A stretch of DNA of 64,000 nt from Adineta vaga (lineage: Eukaryota > Animalia > Rotifera): the NCBI GenBank assembly GCA_021613535.1, contig CP075494.1:4712001-4776000 (forward strand), written 5' to 3'. The position numbers were made by a program, and so were the translations under genes. The notes below the pieces were generated by a model. It saw only the letters and a list, made by a program, of their open reading frames with translations. It had not been told where the DNA came from and did not search any database. How positions within the stretch are numbered: position 1 is the first letter of the stretch; each line of letters starts with the position of its first letter. Positions 37,632-48,979 of the stretch are shown here, in pieces.

Positions 37632-37733
37632 CATTTACTCGTTGATTTCAATATATTTAATTTACTAAGGATTATTTTTTCTAAAACTAATTTATGATAA
37701 TCAGACGAAAAAAAATGTAAAGTACATTAAATA

Positions 37734-38890
37734 TCAATCTTCGGAAGCGACGACAAAATCGTTTTCAATATATGTTCCTCGAGGAAAAGCGAGTACTTCC
37801 TGAAGTCTTGTTGCGTTGTCTATTGGTGAAATCGATTTATTGCCATCGATTGTGTTTGAAACAATTTGTTTTCTAAGTAAAGATAAAATCGTCATTTTTC
37901 GAGTTGCGTAAAATTCAACTATTTCTACCTTATTGATTTCGAATAGCAATCACAGTGTAACATTAAAAAAATTGTAAGAATTACGATAGCAATTAATAAG
38001 AGAATAATAATCACGAGAAGAATGTGTATGAAACGATCACTGAAATAAAATTTTGATTTCTAAAATATATATTGTAGATGATTTGAGCAAGTAATTATAA
38101 TATTTCTACCTGATTCGTATTTTTCGCATTCATTGAATCAATCAATAATATCTGATGTGCTTCATCAGATGCACTAGCTATATTGGTATTTGGTATTGCT
38201 TTACTCATCTTATTCAAATAGATCTAAAATCAAATTTTGTTAGAGTAATTTAAGACAGTATTTGTATACAGATATAATTTAGAACTAACACAAAATATGC
38301 GCAGCATTTTGATTAGATTCAATTTAGCTTAAGGTTCTTTTTAATTGCGATTTTATACAATCACAAGGTAGATACTTTTTCATTTGACAGTATGAAACGA
38401 GAAAAGTAAATACATACATTTATAACATAAAGATATAAGGATATTGAAAACCAACATTACTTCCCAATCATTATCAAGGTGACGATTATGTTGTAGTTAG
38501 ACGAAATGATACTTTTCACTTAAAAATAATACCTACATTTACTCATTAGCATGTGTTATTTCTTATTCACATATATATCTACTTGACAAAAAATGAAAAT
38601 ACCATACAACTAATCAATACTATCTTGTTGAAGTCGATATAGACAGTTCACCATCATCGGTATTTGGAATGTAAATTAAATGTATTTGTGACATCTCATC
38701 AAACATGAGTATAACTTGTTTACCAAGAGAATTGGATATAATAAGTAGATGTTTTGTATCATATTCGTTTGAGATAAATTCTGCACATTCATCTGATTCA
38801 ATAACCACGCTTGAATTTCATCCTCAAGATAATTTTACATTTCAAAATAAACGCACGTGTACATTTTGTCAAAACATTATCACTCGATGA
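37734..38890 (-). pseudogene. Highly decayed remnant of a receiver-like/ART-type gene
   Basis: ECAEFISNEYDTKHLLIISNSLGKQVILMFDEMSQIHLIYI resembles the N-terminal receiver-like domain of bdelloid TPR/ART proteins. Downstream LFEI...QEVLAFPRG is an ART-like fragment. No continuous frame. Confidence 0.4.
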
Positions 38891-38994
38891 TTTCTTCGTC
38901 GATTGAACACGGACGTTTTATTTTTATTTTTCTAAGAGTATTCATAAGATATCTCAAGATCCCCACGAGATATAAATGACCTTTAATTATAAAA

Positions 38995-39180
38995 AAAGAC
39001 GGTCACCAGAGATTGACAACCGATTAAGTTATTTTTACTGTGTCAACAACAGGTAATCAGTCAAAACAGTTTTGGTTAATCTGAAAATTAATTCAGCATT
39101 CATGATAAAAATAATCTACAATTTTCTAATTGCTTTTCTATCTTTTATTTACCATATGCCCTTGCAGAATAAGACGAAAA
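38995..39180 (+). pseudogene. Second decayed remnant of the VWA7-like 3' end
   Basis: ttgacaaccgattaagttatttttactgtgtcaaca...gataaaaataa aligns with 25890-26080. Confidence 0.65.
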
Positions 39181-39316
39181 CACAGCTTTCAAAAGAAGAT
39201 TATTCAGAAAAACAGCTTATTTTCAAAATTTCTATTGATTTGTTGAATAAATAGAATCAGAAAAGATAAAAAAAACTGGCTATGCTATCTTCTTATTTTG
39301 AAATAGAACATTAAAA

Positions 39317-40456
39317 ATGTCAGTCGCAAGTAATGAAACAATTTTTGATGATGATGGAGATTCTACTTCGTCAAGCTTGGAAACACCATTCAGTCGATCA
39401 GTTAAATTCACTTTCTTGCTCATTTGTCAAGTCGCTTCAGTTCTATGTAGTTTGATTATATTTTCATCGTTCGCTCGATTACGAGAACTACAAGCAAAAC
39501 AACATAATCATGTGTAAGTAATCTCCATTTTGATAGATAAATACTACAAAAATATCCATGCATAGACTTATTTTTATCACTAAACAATTGGTAGACTATA
39601 ATTCTAAGTTAAAAATGTTTGTTTTAGTGTGATTTGCTTATTGATCTGCAATTTTCTCATTGTTACAATTGAATTACCAGTGACACTTACCTATCTTCAT
39701 TTTGATCAACTTGTTCCAGCATCGAATGGACTCTGTTTCTATTGGATCTTTACAAATTATTTTCTTTTCACATCAAGTTTATGGGTCATGGCTATTGCTT
39801 CAATTCAACGATATATTCTCATTTTCCATGCCCATATCATGAATTCACATCTCAAGCATTACACACCAATCATTCTCCCAACTCTCTTTCTTTTTATTTG
39901 GTATGTCGTGCTTATTTTCTTCTATTCATGTGAACAACAATTTGATTATACGCAACTTTGGTGTATTGGTCCATGTTTTGCATTTCAAGGCACAATGGGA
40001 ACAATCGATTGGATACTTAGTTCATTCATTCCTGTTGTTTTGACAGTTATTTTCAATATTCTACTTATTCTACGAGTAGTCTATCAAAAGTATCGAATAC
40101 AACATGGTCGTACATGGCGTACAACGCGTAAACTTGCTCTACAATTGTTTTCGATATCTTTTCTTTTCTTAAGTATTTATTTACCATTAATCATTATTTC
40201 ATTAGTTCGAATATGGTTTGATCCATATTTTCTGCTGCTTTTTGGTGTACTCTACATGGCTTATAGTGTATATCTTGTTCCATTACTGATGCCATTCATT
40301 TGTTTAATCAGCCTTCCTGAAATTGTCTTAAGAATGAAGAAACTATGTTGTTGTGGTTTCAACAATCGCGTCGAAGCCATCGGACATCGACATATTCCGA
40401 TGACAGTGACTTCAAGACGAGCGAATCAAGAGCCACGTCGAATGAACATAGTATAG
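39317..40456 (+). CDS. Orphan class A GPCR, copy 3; intron 39514-39627
   Basis: Paralogue of copies 1 and 2 with the same exon structure. Confidence 0.88.
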
Positions 40457-40764
40457 AACAGTATTATATTACTTTGCTTTGTATCGTGTAGGCTTTTTCA
40501 AAAGATTCTTGTAAAAAACTTTCCAGTGAATTTTTGTACTCATATGAATACAATGGTATTGACATACGTAGTTCCAGCAAGCAAATGGAAATAATAACTT
40601 GTACTTTGTGAAAAGTGAGATATAAATATTTAATATCGCTATATTTGAAGGAGTTTTTAGAGAAGCATTCTCTATAGATAAAACGTATTCTGTTTTATTT
40701 TTTAATCGTGATAAAAAATATTTCTTCACTTTTTTCGGTAATAATCAATATCTATCATATTTAT

Positions 40765-42822
40765 TCAAAGATTGCTTCTAATCTTTTGCACATACTCTTT
40801 AGTGCCACGTTCTAAGTTTCCTTTTATAATAGGATCATTCGTAAACTCAGACCATGAGGCAAAATCCATTATTTTTAACACTGCCGGATATGTATCAATA
40901 GAAGCTTTCCAAGATTGTTCATCTCCAGCATCAACCAAACCTCCTAATCGTTTACTCGATAAGACTTCTGGAGGCGGTATTGAAACGATCCATTCACACT
41001 CTAATCCACCCCCTAGTCAAGGAGCTCGAGGTGTACATTTCTGAGATTTCGTACCAGTAGTTTGCTTTTTTATTTTTTGCTCTGTCATGTCACCCATAAC
41101 AGTTCTCAAGACTATATGTGTTCCGAACGTATAAAAGAATTGACTGTACAAATCATAATTATATTCAGCTGTCAGTTGAGCAAGAGCATTTCGTGAAAAA
41201 AAGTTTAGTTGACTTTTTGATCGATCTATTTTCAAACGGTAAACAGGATATGGTTGTTGAATAATATCTATTATTGAATTGGGATTTGAATTAAATAAAT
41301 CTCTATATTCTTGTGTATTTAATAGACGTGAGAATTCCCCACCATCAATTTCTCCACTATTGAGTACGTCATCCCATTGTTTGACTATTTCTTCTGCATT
41401 ACTGAATGTACGAGTAAATACTTGTGTATCATCAACTGGATTCGACTGTTGAAAAATGACTTCGTTGAATGTAACGAGAGAACGTCTAGTACTGGGAACT
41501 ATAGATAACTTGGATTCATCATAAGTTAAATTCAATGCCATAAATCTAATATCACCATTAGCTATATCTAATCCCATTCCAACACTTCGCAGCATTCTAG
41601 AAGATCCTCCAGTGTCTTGTCTACCTGAGAGAAAAAAGGATGGAGTTGTACCTGGACAAGTGATACCAGTATATGAAGAATATGGACATAGAGCTGCACG
41701 TGCTTCAGGAGTAATTTCAAACATTGTTGACCGTTTTCGTTTCGATGTTGGACATGTTGATGGTGGCGGATCCGGTACAGATTGAAGACGTTGAATATAT
41801 TCTGTTGCTTCTGTTTCTACTTCAGATCTAAAATGCAATGTAGCATTCATAAGTATTTCTCGCTGTTGACTATCTTGCGGTAACAACATGTAAATTGGTT
41901 GCAAACGATATGATACTGGACGTGGTTGATATTTAATTGTTGGTACCCATTCTTTCCATTGTTGCATAGGAATCGATTCTGTACCACCTAACAATAAAGC
42001 TTCGCTAGTAGTCGTATTCTGAAAGGTTTCATCAAGTATAACAGTTGTATGATACGAGACCGAACTTGAACGAAATATTCCAATTGGATCATATTTTTTT
42101 CGTACTTGTTGCTTAATCCATGATTCATTTCGTACAATTAACATACAACTTTGAAACCAATCTTGGGCCCAAACTAAACCGCCCATATCAGATTCTGTCA
42201 CAATGTGTGTACCAAATGAATCGAAAAACTGACGAAATTTTAAAATATTATTCGCATCCGATGCATCAAATGTTTTAGGTAGTTCATCCAGTACTCTTTT
42301 CGCCATGGAACTCAATGTTGGCGGTGGAAATGTTGCTACCATCAAATTGTACCATATAATCTGTCGTAAAGTAAGAAGTAGGCTGTTGGTATTTTTATAT
42401 ATACGTTCGTATATATAACCGATTTCTTTTGTTCTATGAGATGAACCAAAGCCAAGAAAACCACTCTTATCTTGAGTTACTGTATATATTGATTGAGAAA
42501 AATATTGATGAACATCTTTCACTATATTAGTACGTTCAGTGTCCAATAATTCCGATTGTGGAAAAACGAAAAAACCATGAGGAACTCGAAATATAGAAGA
42601 AATATTTGATGGATCAGTCCATGTACTCAAATCACTTATTTGATTGATATCTATGAGACATTGTTTACTTTTCAATGTTGTGATATCAAAACCGCAACCA
42701 ACTACATCTATACCAGCAATCATCGGCGTCTCATGAATATAATCTCTTGCTTTCAATGTAAACGAATTGACAACTATAAACAGCATATCGACAAACAAAC
42801 CAAATAATGTTATATAGAACAT
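40765..42822 (-). CDS. Secreted protein with two MACPF domains; in-frame TGA at 41017-41019 followed by 83 more in-frame codons
   Basis: Signal peptide; GCGFDI; MACPF signature FGTHIVTESDMGG; linker with SKRKRS; second domain GMGLDI...FGTHIVLRTVMGD. After the TGA, RLGG..WKASIDTYPAVLK..W..F..DPIIKGNL completes the second MACPF. Confidence 0.8.
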
Positions 42823-42949
42823 GATCTGAAATCGAAAGAAAATATAGTGTTGTTATTTCAAATACGCTCAAGTAGATATATTTTATCAAAATGATGCGGA
42901 TAAATAAAAATTGTATGAAAAAAAAACGATATTTTGAATTATTTATGAT

Positions 42950-44127
42950 TTATTGTAATTGTTGTAAACTTGGATAAGTTCCCGATTTCAAATAATAATC
43001 AATTGTTTTTTGTAAATGTGTTTGAACTGCTGGATATTCAGCAACAAGTTCAGTAATTGGAGATACTGTACGATTAATTGCAACAGGTTGTTGCCAAGTT
43101 TTATCTAACCAAACATTCCATTCTAATTCACCTGCTTCGGTTTGCACAGGTGGATGAAATTCTGTAATTGCATTTGAATTTTTTACAAAATCTTCACTTA
43201 ATTTCTCCGCATAACTACCACTATTAATATTACCGGATAGAGTAGCCATTTTATATTGAAAATTAAATGAAACTTGTTCAGATATTTTCTCATATGAATG
43301 ACTATTCGTATACGTTGTATTAATAAATGAATACATGCCTGCTTTTCCACCAACGATTACCGATGTTACATAATGTGTTCCATAAGCGTTTGTTACTTGA
43401 TTGTAAATACTTTGTCCATATTCAGTTGTTCGTGTACCAATTTGTTGAAGACGTTGAATACTCAAATTGAAATTTCGATCATAACTAAAACGAATAAATG
43501 TAAAGATCATTGTGTTTGAATATTTTGGAATCTAACGAAGATTTTGACCTTACGGAAGAATAAATGCTGGTGGTAATTGCATTGAATACATTCCCCACCA
43601 TTTGCCTGAAATAGCAACAGCTTGTTTGCCATCTTTTGTCGCATTGAATGCATTTTCTAACATTTTATTATAACCAATACTAGCTTTTATAATACCAACA
43701 CTTATTCCAACACTGAATGATGTTGATTCAAAATATCTTTGAACAAAAGAATGATTTACATAATTAAAGTAATGTTTAATTGAATATAATTTTTGTAAAA
43801 CTCTTCAAATGTGCTAACGACTGTTTCACAATAATTTTCTGTTCGTAAACTAACATCTGTCACTTGAACAACAGCTGGCGTTTGAAAAACTTGTATTTTT
43901 CCATCGGTTTTCAGTTCATACAACATACCTATTTCATCCGAGTTAAAAATCGCAGCTTTTGTTTTATCACCTTTATCCACCGTTTCCATATCATCAATAC
44001 TTTTCATTTTCAACGCATCAAAACCACTCTTCAAATGTCCTAGGCCAGGTATATTCGGACTGGATGAAGTACAGATTCCAACTAATAATATTATGACTAC
44101 ACATCCTATCAAATTAAAGTTCGTCAT
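42950..44127 (-). CDS. Secreted single-MACPF-domain protein; 3 exons (first donor non-canonical, possibly a pseudogene allele)
   Basis: Signal peptide, GFDAL, YGTHYVTSVIVGG signature. Intron 43485-43553 is canonical. Predicted intron 43737-43789 starts TT instead of GT. Confidence 0.8.
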
Positions 44128-45097
44128 TTATATTCGAAAGTACCAAAATTGTATTTGTTGACAACTGAGTTTATACTCAAAAAGTAGTTTTTGAATAAAA
44201 ATTTCAATTTCTATAAATCGATTCATAAATTTAAGTTTTTGCATACATTACATTAACTACACACTATTGATATTGAAGTGCTTTTATCACATACAATGAA
44301 GTGTATGGTCCTTTTGATCAATAATTATTCCTATTTCGTATATTTATTCTGCAAATCAAAATTATTCAGAATCTTGAGGGTGTGAGTGACATTGGTTCCT
44401 ACTGTATTTTGGCTCAAACTAGAATTGTAAAATGAAGTTTTTTTTTCTAAATATAACTTATAGCTGACAATATAATACCACTGATCCGTATTCGAAACTT
44501 TCACATACTTTTTCAAAGTTCTTGATTCTTGTTTCTGCCAGCTTGTTCTTATTTGATTAGACATTTGATGTCAGTATAGAGATTCTTGAAGAATTGAATT
44601 ATTTAAATATTTATAAGACTATTCTTTACTATCATGTCAAGATGAATCGTTGATGATATGGAATTCCACTATGTATGACATTTTCATCTTTCCAAGAATA
44701 TCCAGGAAACATTTTCTTCAGATACAATCAGTTTCATAATAAACCTTCTTTCTAAAAATTTTACTTGAATGAAGCCTTGATGAGAGGTTAAAAAGGAATT
44801 ATTCGATATCTTTAATGATCACTCACATATTGCATATTTTCTCCAAAAGAATCGAATGATAGCTAAAAACAAGTTTCATGTTGTCATATTGATTGTAATT
44901 CAAGTTAAATGTCCATCATTTTCTTTTAGATTTATTTCAAATAGATCAAGCCAGCAAATGTTATACAACGACAAGATTAACGTTGGATGTTTAGATATGA
45001 AAGTAAAGTGAACAATAAAGAAAACCAAAAGAAGGAAAGGGTAGACAACAGAGTGTTTCAATTATTTCGCATAGTAAATCTTGGATAAAACGAATTG

Positions 45098-46126
45098 TTA
45101 TGCATCCACATGTGGTACATTGGCTTGTTGAGTAATTTGTGGAGCCTTTGGACGAATAGTAGTTGTTTGTATCACATGGACTCGTCGTTGTTGCTGCCCA
45201 AATAATAATTTTTGTTTTGCTTTAGCTCGTAATTCCGGTAATGATAAACAAGTGACAAATGGAAAGAGAAAAGTAATGTTATACCACAACAATTTTGCGT
45301 AAACCATACCATATACTGCAATATTTCCTGGTAAACCAAATTGATAAGCCAAAATTATTCCAACCCATGGTGTATTGAATAGTAAATAAATGATTGATGT
45401 CGATACTAGTTGAATCACCATCTTACGTTGCTTCCGCCAATCAATTGTTTGATGTGTACGAGCTTTTTGCCGTTGCACACGAAGAATAAGAACTATACTA
45501 GATATTAATATAGTTAAAGTTGGAGTCAATTGATGAACTATGAGATCCCATGTTCCTAATGGTGTTCTTGTAAATGCACATGGAGCATAGAGACCTCCAT
45601 TAAGAAAAGCATCAAATGTTGCATCACAAGATATACCAAAGTAAACTATAACATGATAAGTTAAAGAATAAGTGATAATGAACATGATTGGAAAATAATG
45701 AAAGAGAAAACGTTTCATGCTTGTACTCATCCATCGATCATAAAATATGAGTATATGTCGTTCGACTGTAGCCCAACTAAATAATCCAATTTGCAATGAA
45801 TAAAGAAAATACTCGAGGAAAGCCCAAAATCGATAGAAATCGTATGATGCTTGCCAAGGTGTTGGAGTTGCATCATTACGAATAAACCATGGAACAGTAA
45901 CTGTTTCATCAATTAAACAAATAAAAAGCAGCACAATAAAGATGTGATTATGAAATGCACGACGAAGTGTACGATCAAAAAGTAGAAAATAAAGATTAAA
46001 TAAAGTACAACTCAAAGATAATATATTCCAACATAAGAAATACCAAAAGCGAACAGCTTGAGGAACTCGAATAGTTGCTGCAGAATTTAAAGAATCACTT
46101 AACGTAGTATTGACGATATTTGACAT
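45098..46126 (-). CDS. Orphan class A GPCR (intronless coding region)
   Basis: Seven TM segments, WATVERHILIF and FPFVTCLSLPELR; same broad family as the three tandem GPCRs. Confidence 0.88.
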   Translation of the reverse strand: MSNIVNTTLSDSLNSAATIRVPQAVRFWYFLCWNILSLSCTLFNLYFLLFDRTLRRAFHNHIFIVLLFICLIDETVTVPWFIRNDATPTPWQASYDFYRFWAFLEYFLYSLQIGLFSWATVERHILIFYDRWMSTSMKRFLFHYFPIMFIITYSLTYHVIVYFGISCDATFDAFLNGGLYAPCAFTRTPLGTWDLIVHQLTPTLTILISSIVLILRVQRQKARTHQTIDWRKQRKMVIQLVSTSIIYLLFNTPWVGIILAYQFGLPGNIAVYGMVYAKLLWYNITFLFPFVTCLSLPELRAKAKQKLLFGQQQRRVHVIQTTTIRPKAPQITQQANVPHVDA

Positions 46127-46860
46127 TATTTGTGAGATTCGCCCGACGATTGTATCTAGGAAATTGATTGTTTGTGTTTAAGATGGAGGAATAATATGAG
46201 AAAAACAATCTATTAATATATGTTTTCCTATTTTTTTTCTCTTTCCTCTGTTCTCTCAGAAAATATTTTCTCGATCTATTTTTTCCTCTCTTTATCTTTC
46301 TACCTTGCTGATCTTTTTTCTATTGTATATGTAGTTTTTAAAATATGACCTAAAATATGGCAAATAAAGGTTTATGTAAAAAACAAGAACAATATATTCG
46401 ATGAACGATCGCTTATTTCTAAGCAAAGAATTTTCTATAGATAATAATCTTTCTAAAAGAAAAGGAACAGTTACATTTGTTTAACTACTCCGATGATTCG
46501 AGCCGACAGAGACCCGTAGTAGATTAATGCTCTGCTTCACGGATCCGTAACACATTTCAACCCGATTAACAAGAAAACAAGCAAACCACGTGTAAAGCAA
46601 GAAAATATCCTTTCTTCATCCTAACGAGCAACGATCTTTTAAATTCAAAATCGCAGACGTCTATCAACCAAAAATAGATAAAGATGTCGAATGGATGCTC
46701 ATATACCACGGCATTCATTCTGCACTTCTTCCTTGGTAAAATGTCACATATTTTAAGAATACCTACAGAAAATAATTTGGATAAAAACCACCGTTTATCG
46801 TTCTCGTCAGAACCGAGGTTCTAGGCAGCTTTTTAAGATGCGAATAGATTATCTGACTTT

Positions 46861-46884
46861 CACCACCACCACCACCACCACCAC
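46861..46884. repeat. (CAC)8 microsatellite
   Basis: Direct reading. Confidence 0.9.
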
Positions 46885-47409
46885 TGAACTGGTAATCATT
46901 TAAAAAAGTATTGGTATAAGAAATGATGTTGAAAATGTCAAATATAAGTTTCACGAAGCGTCCAAAAAGAAAGAATATCAACGGTTGTATAAAATAATAT
47001 TTTACTATTTCAGTTACGGTAGCTGTTATTGATATTGTCGAAGACAGAATCATGCTAATGTACTCGAAACACTGCTTAGATCAATATAACTTCTATAGTT
47101 GCAGTTTATATATAATAAAAGGAAAATAATATCACGAATTCCTTGAAAAAATTGAATTAATTATTTAGTGCATTAGACGTGAATAAATGTATCTTTTTGA
47201 TGGTATACAATAAACCAAGTGTAAAATAAAAAAATATCATTGTGACAGAGAGGCTCTCATCATAGTATATATATGTTTACAGTACATTTTATACAAGATA
47301 AAATGACATGTAGATCAGTAGAGGGTGAAGTGAGTCGAAATGGCGAATATTACTTGTCTATATAGGTAGATATTTTAATAGAAAATTCTTTACAAAATTC
47401 ATCAAATGC

Positions 47410-47830
47410 TTATATTTGTCAATAGAATTGTTTTACCTCGTCAGATTCAATCTACTGACAATAATATTTATTTATTATTCTTTGGTATATGGCATTTACT
47501 TACTTGTGGTTCAGGATTACCTCTATTAATGTTAATACTCTCATAATTAACTATTCGAAATATTCGTCATCGTTGAGTATTATCAATAACTATATACTCA
47601 AATAAAGAAAGAAATTCGAATTTACATAAAATCAAATTAAAAGTAAACTTCAATTAGCAAAAGAGAAGCTATTAAGTAATATTGTTGGAACAATATCGTC
47701 AATAGGACATAGTATAACATTTTTTATATTTACTTTAACAAGTAAAATGTTTCGATAGCAATTAATTGCTCGAGAACAAGAGTGTCTTGATGGCTTATAC
47801 TCTTAAGATTATCATCAACAAAATAAATTT
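47410..47830 (+). pseudogene. Decayed GPCR fragment
   Basis: YSLVYGIYLL and SGLPLLMLILS*LTIRNIRHR* resemble the TM5/ICL3 region of bdelloid orphan GPCRs. Multiple stops and frameshifts. Confidence 0.4.
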
Positions 47831-48354
47831 AAAAAAAAACCTTAGTGAATTCTTTTTATTGAAGAATATTATTGTTTGTTTATGGCATATAACGAAGAAT
47901 ACTGAATTAATAGAGAACAACATTTATAAAAAAATAGAACGCAATTTGAAATAAAAGGAAGACATGAAGCAAAACAAATTCATTATGACATAAATAACCA
48001 AAATGCATAGAATGTGAACAAACAGGTTATACGGTTTTAGCTGCATTAATAATTAAATTTAATCAACCAAATAGTGTATTGAGATGGTATTGAACATCTG
48101 AAGAACAATCATAATTAAATGAAATTGTCTTTAATTTTAATCAATTAGACATTTGTTCGTGTAATATAGTATTTCATTCATGGATAATCTGTTTTGCCGC
48201 TGATTGAATTGAATCTGTAGTTTTGAAAAGAGCAATGATCACCGTTGTTGTTGGTGTGTCAAAAAATAACGCTCGTCCGAAGTGACTCGCTTGAACTTCG
48301 ACTGAAATATATTAATATCCACTGAGTTGGCCAAGTATTTTACTGAAAAACATC

Positions 48355-48425
48355 TTGAGGATGTGGGTGAGAGTGAGATTGACCAATAAATATACTACTC
48401 ACGTACCCTCACCCACACCCTATCA
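48355..48425. repeat. Short imperfect inverted repeat built from TGTGGG/TGAGGG-like units
   Basis: tgaggatgtgggtgagagtg ... accctcacccacaccct. Confidence 0.6.
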
Positions 48426-48979
48426 GAAAATTGTAAAAAAATAATGGCATTGTTCTTCTTATGCAGATATTTCACTTCAATTTATTTGGTGATAACTACG
48501 TCGTTACTTTCAAAGACGTTGAAATCAAGTGCAGACTTGTGAGGTAAACCCCACACGTGAGTATAAAGAAGAATAAAAAAACATTCGAACAATCTCAATG
48601 CATAAACTCACATTATAGAGCATTTTGGTGTTCTTTATACAATATTGAAAAAATATCGAATATATCCTCAAATATTGATGTAGTATTTCAGTCACCCACC
48701 ATAGTAATTTGCATTCAAATATTAGTTAAACGATGTAAAACATCGCATAACGAATATCCTATTTATTTATCTTTCCACCTCATATCAGTTTTCATTGAAA
48801 ACAAAAGGAACAGAAATCACATCGAGACGCTTTTTATTTTGGCATTTCTTCTGCTTTGTGGTTTTTTTCTCTGCTACTAAGACAGTCGCGTCGAAACGAA
48901 ACCCAAAGGTAATATATAATAGTCAATGAAAACAAATCAAAAACAATTTTGTCTTGAAACTTTTTCTTTGTAATAGAAA

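Noticed and set aside
41017-41019. Selenocysteine reading of the in-frame TGA
   Set aside because: No SECIS-like hairpin recognised downstream and no redox motif context; readthrough or nonsense mutation is more plausible.
40772-41044. Plus-strand 90-aa ORF
   Set aside because: Antisense to the in-frame MACPF extension on the minus strand.
46763-47053. 96-aa ORF with a poly-Gly run
   Set aside because: The poly-Gly comes from the (CAC)n microsatellite; no other coding signal.
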